Assembly (NCBI RefSeq): GCF_016432865.1
Contig: NC_067399.1
Coordinates: 514,414,001 to 514,478,000 of the forward strand
DNA: 64,000 bases
Direction of reading: 5' to 3'
Origin: Antechinus flavipes
Taxonomy: Eukaryota
Shown here: positions 46,281 through 57,863 of the stretch, one piece after another
How positions within the stretch are numbered: position 1 is the first letter of the stretch
How the letters are laid out: each line of letters opens with the position of its first letter
The notes under the pieces: generated by a model
What the model was told of the DNA's origin: nothing
The model's input: only the letters and a program-made list of their open reading frames with translations
The model's database searches: none
Translations under genes and position numbers: made by a program

Positions 46281-49200
46281 GGATCTTGGAAATCCAAGCT
46301 CGAAGCTAAAATTGAAGTGTGTTAAGGACCACTGTTTTCTACTGGACCTTCCAGGCTTCAAGATGTCCTCCCAGTCTCCTGGGGAAGGGCTGCTCTGGAC
46401 TGGGCAAACCTCTTCTCTTTTTAAGGGTTTGATTCTGTATATGAGTCTTAAGGTTCTGACCGGATGGAGTAGAGTGGGGGGGGGGGGGGGGAAGCGCACT
46501 AATCTGATTCTGCTTTCTCTGAATTTTTGCCCAGTTCCCTGCAGAATTTTTGGTGGTGTCTCCAGAAATCCCTGAAAGCCCCACAAAAACAGAACTTCTG
46601 GCCAGAGTTAGAGGGTCCCCAGGAGAGGAGTACCAGCAAGCCCATTCCCAGTTGCATACAGCACTTCACTGTATGCAGGAATGTCTTGTAGCACCTGGCA
46701 GGGGAAATCCCAGTAATAAAAACTATGTCATTTTAGGGCTTAGAATACTTTCCTCCCCCATTTTGATCTGGCCTTGTGATCTAATTAGGATAGGGAACTC
46801 CCCAGATAGCAACTCCTTTGATGAAAGGGAAACCTGTTGTCTTAGAGCCTGAAACTAAAAAGTCTTAACTGATGTGTCTGGGACACCAAGAGGTTAGTTG
46901 GGTTACAGGGCCACTGTATCAGACACCAGACTTGGACTGCCCATAGCAACAATGACAACAACATTTCTATATTGCTCTGAGGTTTGTAAAGCACTTTATG
47001 TTAACTCATTGGACCCTCACAATGGCACAGTCAAAGGCCGATGAAGAGGTCCATTGGTGGAGTGGAAAGAAAACCAGGGAATAGCGACCAAGGTTCAAGT
47101 CCCTTGCTCACTATATCTTAGTGATCTAGATAGTCACTTAAACTCCCACTCCTCAGTTTTTCCAGAACTCTTAAATGGCAGAGAAGGTACCGATCAGCAT
47201 TAGTAAAGAGAATTTCATTAAATGGGAAAGGAGTGTCAAACATTCAGGTCACTCGAGGACCACCACATTCCCCAGTGTGATTCAATGAAACTGGGAAATA
47301 TTTTATGGATTAAACATGATTGGGAAATGACATGTTAAATCATAATTGGAAAATGTTTAACAAAATAAAGACACAATGAAACATGGATAATAATTCACAA
47401 GATTAAGCCAATTATGTGGCCTTTATGAGTGGATTAGTGGCTCCCCTTCCTATTTGAGTGTGGGCCCCTTTATCATATACCAATGAAATCACAGGTCTGC
47501 TCCTGATCCCTAATAACCCTATGCAGGAGACGCTATTATTATCTCCTTTGAACTGATAAGGAAAATGAGACTAAAAGAAGTAAAATGATTTGTTCAAGAT
47601 CACAACTAGAGTTAGAACAGGATATGAAGTTGGGCCTCCCTAATTCTGAGTCAGACATGAAACCCACTGGGCCATCTTGCTGTGTCATGTGGCCATTTCT
47701 AGGGGACCCTCAAAGATTGGCTCGTCCAACCATCTCATAGTCTAGATGAGGAAACTGAGACCCGGAGACTTGCCCAAAGTCAGGAAGGCAATAAGGAGCG
47801 GAAAGAGGGAGGATGCTCATTCCTTCTAGCTTCAAGCACAGCTGCCTCCCCACCAGCTCCTGCCACAGCCAGTGTTGTTACGCCTACCTTTTATAGATGA
47901 GGAAGCTGAAATTCAGAGGGGCTAATGACTTGCCCATAGTCACACAGCTTTGTGTGACTTCCAGCTAGCAAATTTTAGGGTCTTCTCATTTCAAATCTAG
48001 TTCAATTTCCACCATACCACCCTGAAACCATCTCCCCCTTCTGGGACAGATCTGTCTACGATGACTCAAGGAGGAACATTGCTCCTTTGTACCAGGCAAG
48101 TGTTCTGCTCCCTTTCCTATTGAGATCTGCTACAATAAGGGGAAGAGACAGATATTTTACTGAGAGCAGCACTAATAGTTCACATTCAATCCTTATAACA
48201 TTCTAGTGAAGTAGTATATTATCTCCATTTTACAGATAAGAAAACTGAGGTTTCAAGAAGTCAAGTGACATAGTTAATAGTCACCCAGCTGGTAGGTTTT
48301 GGAAATGAAATTTGTACAAATCATGTGATTTCTAAGACCAACACTCTACTCTAGGTCACAAATGCTTACCAAATGGGGGGGGGTAATTTTATCAATCACA
48401 CAGAATTCTTCCTAAGGCCACCTTTCTAAGCCTCCCCTCCCCATTTTAATTCCCACTCCACAGTTGCCCCATCCCCCACAGCTCACTCCTCCAAAGTATC
48501 TTGTAGCTGCAGATGTTTTTCCTTTACCTCACTGTCCTTCTGCTTGACAGCCACTCTGCCCAAAGTTTGGGGGAAACACTGTTGTCCCAGGCCAACCTAC
48601 TCAGCAATTTGGGGTAACTTTCTGAGCCAACTGTTTATTTTCCAAGATCCATGGTAACACACTTAAAGTAAGATGGAGTTCTTTTTAAGGGAAAACACAT
48701 GCAAATCTCTCCCTGATGAGGCTAAGCCACAAGATTATAAACACTTTCCTGGTCACTATGGGTATGCAACTTTTTCTTTTTTTTTTTTTAATTTGGGGAA
48801 GGGAGGGCCCAAGGGCAGGAAAAGACTCAGAGCCCCGTTCCCCACCCCCATTCTTTGTCCTACTCCTAGTAGGTCCCTTCTTAGGTGGCCCTGGATGACT
48901 GACCTCTCAGGAGCAGTTCAAGTCCTGAGTTTCTACTTATTATAAAGTCTTTTGCTCCAAAGTAGTATCTGGGGGGGAGTGAAGATGTTGGGGGGTAGAG
49001 GAGAAGGAGGGGAAAGGGGTCCGGCTGACCCAGCAAGGGACCCTGAGATTTTCCATTGGTGAGTCATGGAACCCTTATCACCACGGTTTTGTCCTTCCTA
49101 TCCCTACACCCACAGACTCTTCACCCCCAAAAGTGGAAGTGGAGGTGGTAGGGGAGACAGGCAAATCCCAGGTGGCCAGTACCCATCTTTCTCTTCCTCA

Positions 49201-50160
49201 GGGTGGGGTAGGAAGCCAAGAATCCAGGATTCCATGACCTGCCCAACCTCTTACCCCATTCCAATTTCCTTATTTGTGCAATGGGAAAAGCATGTATAGC
49301 TTAGCCATTGTACGTTGGATTAGGGTGGCAGTGATAGAAATGGTGAATAGGGGATGGGGGCCAGAGAAGACAGACGATGATGGAGGTGAGAGCTGTGGAT
49401 GTTGGATGGGGAGAGGAGAGAGCGCCATTTCCCAGTTTGGCAAAGATTCTCATGAGGAATCACACAATCACAGAATTTGGGGATTGTTAGAGATTTCAGA
49501 AGCACCTTGTCTAACCCAAGCACAAAAAGCATCCCTATTTTATCCAACAGGCTCTGACCAACAAAATGCTTCTCTTAAAGAAGACCCTTCCCAGGACTGA
49601 CTCCAAGATGAAGATCTTTATAGGATGGGAGGGAACAGTTTGTGAAGGTTAGGAGGAGACAAAAGTCTTGTTTGGATTCTCCTCCTCTATCCCAGCTACT
49701 AGTGCTCTCCCTCCTCAAGTTATCTTGTATATACTTTATCTATATTATGGACATACTAATATTTGTTGATGTCACCTCCCCTGTGGGAACGTTTGTTTCT
49801 TAAGGAGTGAGTTCCCCTAAGGAGATACCGGAGTCCTGGGCTAGAGTCTCCAGGTAAAGGAACTTGCCAGGCAGAGGAAATCCCCACGATGGTGGATTCT
49901 AAAGGTCAAGTTTCCAGGGCTGTTCCTTCCTCCTTGGAAAAGTTAAAAAGCAAAGGTTACTACTTAGATCCCAGAGCAATCTGTGACCAGAAAATTAGCA
50001 GTTTATTACTCCTCCCTTTGCTGGCCTTAGCCAAAGCTTTCACATTTATTATCTCACTTGATTCATGCAATACCCCTGAAGGTAGGAAAGGTGTGGAGTC
50101 ATGGAAGAGTTCGCTGATGATATCTGGTCCAACCTGTACCTGAACAGGAATTCCCTCTGG

Positions 50161-50362
50161 GCCAGGAGTTCTTAATCTTTTTGGTGTCACGGACAGCTTT
50201 GGCAATCTTTCAAAGCCTATAGGCTCCTTCTCAATATAATGTTCTTAAATGCATAAAAATAAAATATGTGGGATTATGAAGGAAATGATTATATTGAAAT
50301 ACAGTTATCAAAATTTTAATAAAACAAACAACTCAAGTTCAGGGTCCTCAGGAAAAGATTCC
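50161..50362. mobile_element. hAT-type MITE copy
   Basis: Left end ccaggagttcttaatc; body shared with the copies at 52137 and 60975. Confidence 0.6.
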
Positions 50363-50796
50363 TTCTTACAAATTATAACAATCCTGACAAATGATCATCT
50401 GGCATCTATCGTTGGGAAACATATTCCCCTAAAACCTCCTTAACAAGACAACCCTTATACTTTGTTTTGTTAGATTTTTTTTAAATTAAATTGAACCCAA
50501 ATAAAACATAAAGTATGTTATGGAAATGTTTGTTTTGTCCCGTAAATTAAAAATAAAATAAAGACAAATTTTTTAAAAAAGGGGGGAAAAAGCATTGCTT
50601 TCTTCTATTGCTAGGGACTAGAAGAGATAAAAAAGATAATTCAAGGCCCTCAGCAACTTTACTTAATTAGTATTGCCACTCCCTGGAAATATTGAATTTG
50701 AATGTCAAATTAGGTGAGGTTAATAAAACCAGGAGTCCCTGGGCATCCGCTTCATTCTGACCAGTCCTTTCGGTCCAGTATCTTGCTCCATCCGAC

Positions 50797-50805
50797 ATGC
50801 ATTGG
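50797..50805 (+). CDS. IL25: Interleukin-25 coding exon 1 (MHW); model join(50797..50805,51255..51517,53203..53461), 176 aa
   Basis: gacATGCATTGG|GTGAGT, phase 0, matching the phase-0 acceptor at 51254; equivalent to the three-codon MYQ exon of human IL25 (from memory). Confidence 0.7.
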
Positions 50806-51254
50806 GTGAGTGAAAGGGATGGTAAGAGTAACCAAGGCCTCACCTTTGAAGCCAGGAGGCTTCAGAAGATGAACTGAGGCTGGGGAGAAGCTGAGCAGCT
50901 CTCATTTTGGGGGAGATTGTGGCTTCAGGGAAGGAATTCTGGACTTGGAGTCAGGAGATTTGGGTCTGACTTTACTATGTGTTACTGATTGCAAGACTCT
51001 TCTGAGGCTTTGGATTCCCCAAAATTAGGGGATTGGATTAGATAATTTCTAAAGTCCTTTCTGGCTTTAATATTCTATGATTTTAGCTGGAAAATGGTCT
51101 TGGGAGCCCCGGAGGAGTTAGTCAGACTCTGAAAAAGAGGGCATCTTGAGGGTCTGGGAACTGGAGTGGAGGGATGGTTTTGACGGCTGCAAGCCAGGGT
51201 GAGATTTGGGGACCCTTCCTCTCACTTAACCTTCCTGTTTTTAAATTTCTGCAG

Positions 51255-51517
51255 TTAACTGGAATGCTAGTGATGGTCGTAGGGACCCAGGCTCTGCATT
51301 CGAGGTTCCAGAGGGATTGTAATCATCACAAGTGCTCTTGCAACAGGGAGCAGGACCCTTTGGAGGAGCTACTGAGGTGGGACAGTGTGCCCTCGCTTCC
51401 CTTTGAAGACTCCCACAACTTGCATCTCCCAAATGTCAAGGTCCCTGCATCCTCCCAATGCCATGCCAGCAGGAACGGGCCCCTCAATTCGAGGGCCATC
51501 TCTCCCTGGAGCTATGT
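51255..51517 (+). CDS. IL25: IL25 exon 2 (signal peptide and N-terminal mature region)
   Basis: ttctgcAG|LTGMLVMVVGTQAL...EELLRW...CHASRNGPLNSRAISPWSY|GTAAGT, phase 2. Confidence 0.95.
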
Positions 51518-52136
51518 GTAAGTCTCGAACCTCCCTTGTCCTCCCCTTCCCTTCTCTCCCTGATGACTCCTTGCTGAAACCCACTATCCATGTCCCACTT
51601 ATATGTCTATGCTACAAGCACACAACCTACGTATGCATGTTTATAAGGGGGTGGTGAGGAATGGGGGCAGAGACGGAGGTGTTATCTGGGACAGTGTCTG
51701 CTGGCCTTTTTTGTTAACCACAAGGAACTTGTATCTCTGTGTATTATTTTACCTCCAATAACGTCCTGCTCCAATCCCTTATAATGTCATACCTTGAGTT
51801 CCAGAGCTATGCCAATGGATTGTCAACTCTAGTGGTATCAGGATCTAGTTAGATCTAGTAGATTTCACAAGCAGGAAATCTTTCAAATGCTTAATTTGTT
51901 ACCTGAAGATCAGTCTAGCTGTTTGCAAAGTCTTCTTACCAAGCATGGTCATAGGGTGATGAATTTTTCAGATGCAGAAACTCTCAATGACCATCTGCTT
52001 AGTTGTAATGGAGTTGTGATCTGCATTGGGCAGACAGGGGGGAAATATTGAATGAAACCATTAATTGAAACATTATTTCTCCCTATATTTTTATTAATAT
52101 AACATGCAACATTGTAAGTTATTGATATTTTTGAAC

Positions 52137-52338
52137 CAAGGGTTCTTAACCAAAGGCCATGAACTTTTTTTTTTTTTTTTACAAATACTTTAGTAGCTAT
52201 TTTTCAATATGTCTGAGTTCCTTTATAATCCTATGCATTTTATTTTATATCTTTAAGAGCATTATTCCAAGAAGAGGTCCCTTGACTTCTCCAGATTGCT
52301 AAATGGGTCCATGACACAAAAGAGGTTAAGAACCCCAG
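52137..52338. mobile_element. hAT-type MITE, 202 bp, both inverted repeats present
   Basis: CAAGGGTTCTTAACC 52137-52151 and GGTTAAGAACCCCAG 52324-52338. Confidence 0.75.
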
Positions 52339-53202
52339 CACTCAAATGTTAAATGTCATAGTGGCAGGTTAACTTCCTCCCCTCCCCTTCATATGGTAAA
52401 AGTTTGTTGGATGCATAGATGGATGAATAAATGAATGAATCTCTTCCCATCCTCTATACCAATTCCTCTAACTCCAGAGGGAGCTCTGATCTAGCCCTAA
52501 AGGTTTGGGGGTTTCATGAAACTAAGAGCCGGGCCAAAATCATGCATGGGTCTTCCAATTATTCACTTTTTTTTTTTTTTGCTGAGGCAATTGGCGTCAT
52601 ATTTTTATAATAATAATTACAATAATAATTTTAATTTCTATAGTGCTTTATGATTTTTAGGGTATTTGTCTTGCAACAATCTTGTAAAGTAGATAATGCA
52701 GACATTATTATTCCCATTTTACATATAAAGAAATAAGGTTCAGTGACATGTCCTGGTCACAGAGCTGTCAGTTAGGTCTCAACACTAGGTCATCTTACTT
52801 TAAGCCCAAAGCTCTTTACCTTTCAGCATGTTGCCTATCCATTATTTATTTCATAACTCTTTGGAAGGATCACTCACTACAAAATTCCAAGCCCTGGCAC
52901 TAGACAGACAACGAGCTGGAGATCCCTCAACACGTTGCATTTGGGATTCAGGGGCCTTTGCAGGAGATGCTTGGCGAGAGAGACCCATCTGGGAGCCAGA
53001 ATTCCCTGCAGTGGGCTGCAAACCAGAGCAGGGACAGGCCCTTTTACGGGCTGTATCCAGAATACTTTGGATCTTACAAAAATGAACGTTCTGGGGTCTA
53101 ACCCTAACCCCTCGGTCTCCGAGCTCGCCCCTGTCTCTTCACGTCCCGCCCCCCTCCCCGGCTTCTTTCCGCTGGGGTTCACGGCAGCCACTGTCCCAAC
53201 AG

Positions 53203-53461
53203 GTTGGACCGGGACGAGAACCGGCTTCCCCAGGACCTGTATCACGCCTACTGCCTGTGCAGGCACTGCATGGATCTGAAAACAGGCCGCAAGGGCTTCC
53301 AAGGCAACTCGGTGCGGCTCTGGCGCAACCAGACCGTCTTTTACCGGCGCCCGTGTCACCCTCCGGGCCAGCAGCCGGACGGGGGCTGCTACTACCTGGA
53401 GAAGATGGCCTACCCCGTCTCCTTCGCCTGCGTCTGCGTCCTGCCTCGGCTCTCGGACTAG
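53203..53461 (+). CDS. IL25: IL25 exon 3 (IL-17 cystine knot)
   Basis: caacAG|LDRDENRLPQDLYHAYCLCRHC...NQTVFYRRPC...VSFACVCVLPRLSD-TAG. Confidence 0.98.
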
Positions 53462-54029
53462 GCCGCAGGCAGGGGTCTGGGGGGCGCTGCGGGAGCCCCG
53501 TTTCTGGGCGTCGGGTTCTCCCCTGGGAACCTGGAGCGCAGGCGAAGATAATTTGGTTATTGGCGCGGCCGTCTTGCTCCAGGGCCAGGAGCCCGGGCCT
53601 TCTGTTCCTTCCCTTTGCCAAACTCACCTACTCATGGGAGCAGGTAACAGGGGAAACCCGGCTGGGCTGCTGGGCACGTGCCATGGAAAGAGGGTGGGGC
53701 TCTCGGGCGGTCCGCGCTTTTCCTGGGTGGGCCGCTGCAGATGCTCCCTGCGCCCGGGTCCTGGAAGCCCCGCCTGACACCCTGGACACAGCCACCTGTG
53801 CAGGGGGAGCCTGCGGGAAACCAGTTCTGCCCATTTCAATCTCTGTTCCCCCCCACAACTCCCCCCCCCCAACCCCAAGGTATCCTGGTCTCTTCTCCAA
53901 AGCAATAAGCATCCATTAAGTGCCTGACTATGCACCTAGCACTTTGAGAGCTGACTAGTTAAGCTATAGAATAATGAATCTGGTCATTTCTGAGACAAAG
54001 TTCTGGAAGAACATTTAGGAGTTTATTGA

Positions 54030-54035
54030 AATAAA
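54030..54035 (+). terminator. IL25: IL25 poly(A) signal
   Basis: AATAAA followed by a GU-rich tract (gtgacctgtgttgtttttgg). Confidence 0.7.
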
Positions 54036-54289
54036 TATTTTTGGAAATGAAAGTGACCTGTGTTGTTTTTGGAATTCCCTGGCAGCCCCATCCCCCCCTC
54101 CATCCCGAGCCGCGCTTAGGATTCTCCCTCCCCTCCATCCGCACCCCACATTCCACAGGGCAGCCCCCCGTTTTTGTCCCCATCTTCTCTCGGGTCTTGT
54201 TTCTTCTTCCCCCCAATCTCCCTTTCTGGGGCCTGCAGAACTCTCCCCCCTAAGATACCTCCCCTTCCTTTTGTCTCCTCCCCGCTCCC

Positions 54290-54600
54290 CACTTATGCAG
54301 GGTGGGGGTCAGGCTGGCCCTGGCCAGGCCGGGAGGAGAGACAGAGGCGCATTGAGACCGCCAGCCCTGAGCACAGCTGGCTCCTTGTTCCCCAGTGCTG
54401 ATCCCTTACCCCCCAACAATCTCCCTTTGTCCTTGGGTCCCACCGGCAGGCCACAACCCGGGCCTGGGGGATAGCCTGGGCTGGGCTCCAGCTTCCTTCC
54501 CCCATGGTGGGGAAGGAGAAAGAAGGAGAAAGGATGGTGAAGGAGCGGGGAAAGTCACTCCGCTAATCAATGACACAAAAGTCCTCAGGGTTCAGGGCCT
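54290..54600 (+). promoter_or_regulatory. CMTM5: Candidate CMTM5 promoter with an inverted SOX dimer site
   Basis: AACAAT-CTCC-CTTTGT at 54415-54430; further SOX-like CAATG/ACAAA at ~54568-54580. Confidence 0.5.
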
Positions 54601-55191
54601 TTGGAGCGCCCAGCCCTTTCCTCTTGGTTCCAGAGCTCTGTTTGGGTTTCCCTCCGGTCCCGAGACTTCTTTCTCTGAGGCTCTCTTCTCTGCCTTCTCT
54701 TTGGGGCGGGGGTTGGCTGTGGGAAGGGGGAAGGCTTAAGCACTTCTCTCCACCCCGATCCTTCACCACCTGGTCCTCCTCTTCCTCCTCCTCCCGGCTC
54801 CCTGGCACTGCTAGAACATCTTCCAGGCACAGCTCAGGGGACAGAGAGCAGCCTTCTGGCCTGAGCAATTTGTCCTTTCCCACCCAGTCTCTACTTCATC
54901 TGCTTCCTCCTCCTCCTCCTTCCCTTCCTCCTCCTCTTCCTCTTTCCAGCTGCCTCTGCCTCTGCCCAGCCTTTCTCCTACCTTCATTCTTTTGGTGATC
55001 TGTTCCCCTCAATTTATTCCTTGCCCCCTTTCTATCTCCCTCCTCCCCTCACCCTCTCATTCCCTCCTTCCCCTTCCCCATTCCAGATTTCCGGTTTCCT
55101 TCCTGGGGCCAGGAGTGAAGACTCCTTGCCTTTTCCATCTGCTGTCCCTGGTCTATCACTGCTCTGCCTAGCCCCCAGTCCCTCTGCAGAG

Positions 55192-55308
55192 ATGCTGAGT
55201 GCCAGAGACAAGCCTCCAGAGGAGAGGGCGGCTTCGGGGCTTCAGGGCTTTGCCATCGACAAGAGCTTTCTCACCAACCCCAAGGGCATCCTTCTGGAAG
55301 TCGAGCTG
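55192..55308 (+). CDS. CMTM5: CKLF-like MARVEL transmembrane domain-containing 5, exon 1; model join(55192..55308,58263..58415,59147..59239,59441..59525,59638..59651), 153 aa
   Basis: MLSARDKPPEERAASGLQGFAIDKSFLTNPKGILLEVEL|GTAACC. Confidence 0.95.
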
Positions 55309-55540
55309 GTAACCCTCAGCCCTACCCTGTCCCTTACCGTACCTTTCCCCCCTCTTCACTTCCCTTCCTGAATTTCCCCTTCTCCCTTCTTCCTAGGACT
55401 CTGCTTATTTTCCTAGGTGGGGGGTCCTCATTCCAGATTTACCTGTCCCCTCCCATACTTACTCACTTCACTTAACTCTTCTGTCTACTTCCTGCCCACC
55501 CTGTGCATTCCTCTCCTCAGCCTCCCACAAGTGCCCCTCA

Positions 55541-55744
55541 NNNNNNNNNNNNNNNNNNNNNNNNNNNNNNNNNNNNNNNNNNNNNNNNNNNNNNNNNNNN
55601 NNNNNNNNNNNNNNNNNNNNNNNNNNNNNNNNNNNNNNNNNNNNNNNNNNNNNNNNNNNNNNNNNNNNNNNNNNNNNNNNNNNNNNNNNNNNNNNNNNNN
55701 NNNNNNNNNNNNNNNNNNNNNNNNNNNNNNNNNNNNNNNNNNNN
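55541..55744. other. Assembly gap (N run) in CMTM5 intron 1
   Basis: N run. Confidence 0.95.
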
Positions 55745-57414
55745 ACAGCACCAAGAAGGATTGAAGTTAGATATAAAGAAAGTTTTTGTTTTTTATATAA
55801 GAAGAGAATGGGAGAAACTGAAGCAGGATCAGGAGAGTACATTCTTTTTTGGGGGAGGATCTTTAAAAAAATCTCTCATGCCAGCCTAATTCCAGACAAA
55901 GCTGTGAAGCATGGAAAGGTTTTGGTCCCCCCAGCCTTCTTTTCCATTTCCTTTCCCACTTTTTCTTCAGGCACTCATTGTCCTCATGCTCTCTTTCCTC
56001 ACCCTAATCAAAGTCTACTTACAGTCTCACAGGTCTTTTCATTTTAGTAAAAAATTAAGTTACTTTTTAATAGTCAAATTATAATTATTTTTTTCAAATT
56101 ATAATTATTTTAGGAGGGAAAAGTAGAACTTGTTTGCAAGATACTATGCAGTTTAATTTTATAGCTGTTAAAACAATATAAAATGTAAGATTAAAATATA
56201 TAAAACTAAACAAGTGTGTTAGGATAGATAGATGTCTTAGAAATTAGATTCAATTGGCACATATCCTTACCCCTTAAATTTTATTGATTACTGTGGGTTT
56301 AGTGACTTTGAACTCTAACTATAATTTTTCCAAAAAAACACATCCAGGCATCCTCAGTCAAATGAGGGGGAGGCAACATCCATGGGATACCTTGAACTTG
56401 CTGTTGGGAGGCCATTATCTGAGATTGGGAGGTGGGGAGAATGGAAAGAATGAAAAGGGATGAAAGAGAATTTGCCTGAGGTCTAACTGCTGGGAAGAGG
56501 AAATTGCTATCGGGTAGCTTCCAATTTTATATAATTATTCTCAAAAATTTGGTGCAGAATTCAAGGCTTTTTGTGTGTGTGTGTGGGTTGCGTTTGTTTT
56601 TGCTGATGCTGAATAATAATATTACAAATAATCGCAACCTGTTTCAATGTTGCACCTAATGCAAGATTTTAGTATCAACATCCTAGTTACTGCTCTGGAG
56701 AAAAGAAGTCTATAGGAATCCTAACTTGCATAACTAACCTTAGATCAAAGGTTCTGCTGGTGGAATACAAGTTTTGACCAGCTGGCAGACTGTATGTTGG
56801 TTATCATTTCAGAGGAGCTTCCTTACCAGAAGTTTGACCATCAGGGATGATTTCTTTCTTTCTTTTTTTTTTTGTCATAGCAGCTCCTTGAATTATCTGC
56901 AACACATAGAGGAGTTTTAATCTGATTGGTGGAGGGATGAAATCAGAGATTCTTGGAGTGTTGAACCAGGTAACATCAGGCATTAGTGAGCAAGCCAGTG
57001 GCAATGGCTTTGTTTTAGGGCAGGGAAAGGCAGTCAGGCTCCATAGATTTAAAGCTCTGAGGAGCTTTTGAGATTATTTAGTTCTGGCAGAACCAGATTT
57101 TGAGCCCATGTTCCTGGGTCTAGTTCAAGCTTCCTTTTCCCCCCTTAAAACAGCAGTCTGATCTTGCTCATCTGTGGGTTTGTGTACTCCTGGAGGCATC
57201 AGGAGCTCTCTGTGGGAGGGGTAGGAAGGGAAGACAAAGATTCTGCTGTCTTGGTTTCTGCCTGATCTTCTGGGAGTCAGTGAGTGGTAACAGAGAGAGG
57301 GGAGACATCATTATTTTTTAAAAAAGTTTTATTGATTCTTTTGTGTTTACATTATAATCATTTACAGATTTACTCTCCGCAACCCTCCCCCACGAATCTT
57401 TTAATATGTTTAGA

Positions 57415-57570
57415 AGAATTGCACATGTTTAACCTATATTGGATTGCTTGCTGTTTAAGGGAGGGGAGGCGAGAGAAGGGGAGAGAAAAATTCGGAACAC
57501 AAGGTTTTGCAGGGGTAAAGGTTGAAAACTATCTTTGCTGTGTATTTTAAAAATAAAAAGCTATTATTAA
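57415..57570 (+). mobile_element. L1 3'-end fragment
   Basis: gcacatgtttaacctatattggattgcttgc...ggaacacaaggttttgc...aaaataaaaagctattatt. Confidence 0.75.
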
Positions 57571-57716
57571 CATTTAATTTTTTTTATTTTTTATTATTAT
57601 GAGTTTGACAAACACCAACAAAGACAAATATTTTCCTAACGCAAAGAACAGAAGAGGATTTTTTTTTGGCACTGAAAATTCCTGTTAAATGTATCTTTAA
57701 AAAAAGTTTGTATCCA

Positions 57717-57863
57717 GGCAGCTAGGGGCGCAGAGGATAGAGCCCCAGCCTTGAAGTCAGGAGGACCTGAGTTCAAATTTGCCCTCAGACACTTAACACT
57801 TCCTGGCTGTGTGACCCTGGGAAAGTCACTTAGCCCCAAATGCGGGGGTGGGGGGCGGGGGGC
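57717..57863 (+). mobile_element. WSINE1-like SINE with a G-rich tail
   Basis: ggcagctaggggcgcagaggatagagc...gaagtcaggaggacctgagttcaaat; flanks aagtttgtatc / gagtctgtatc. Confidence 0.88.

Noticed and set aside
52566-52595. Poly-T followed by gctgaggcaattgg
   Set aside because: Only the extreme 3' tail of a WSINE1-like element with no clear TSD; not a separate element.
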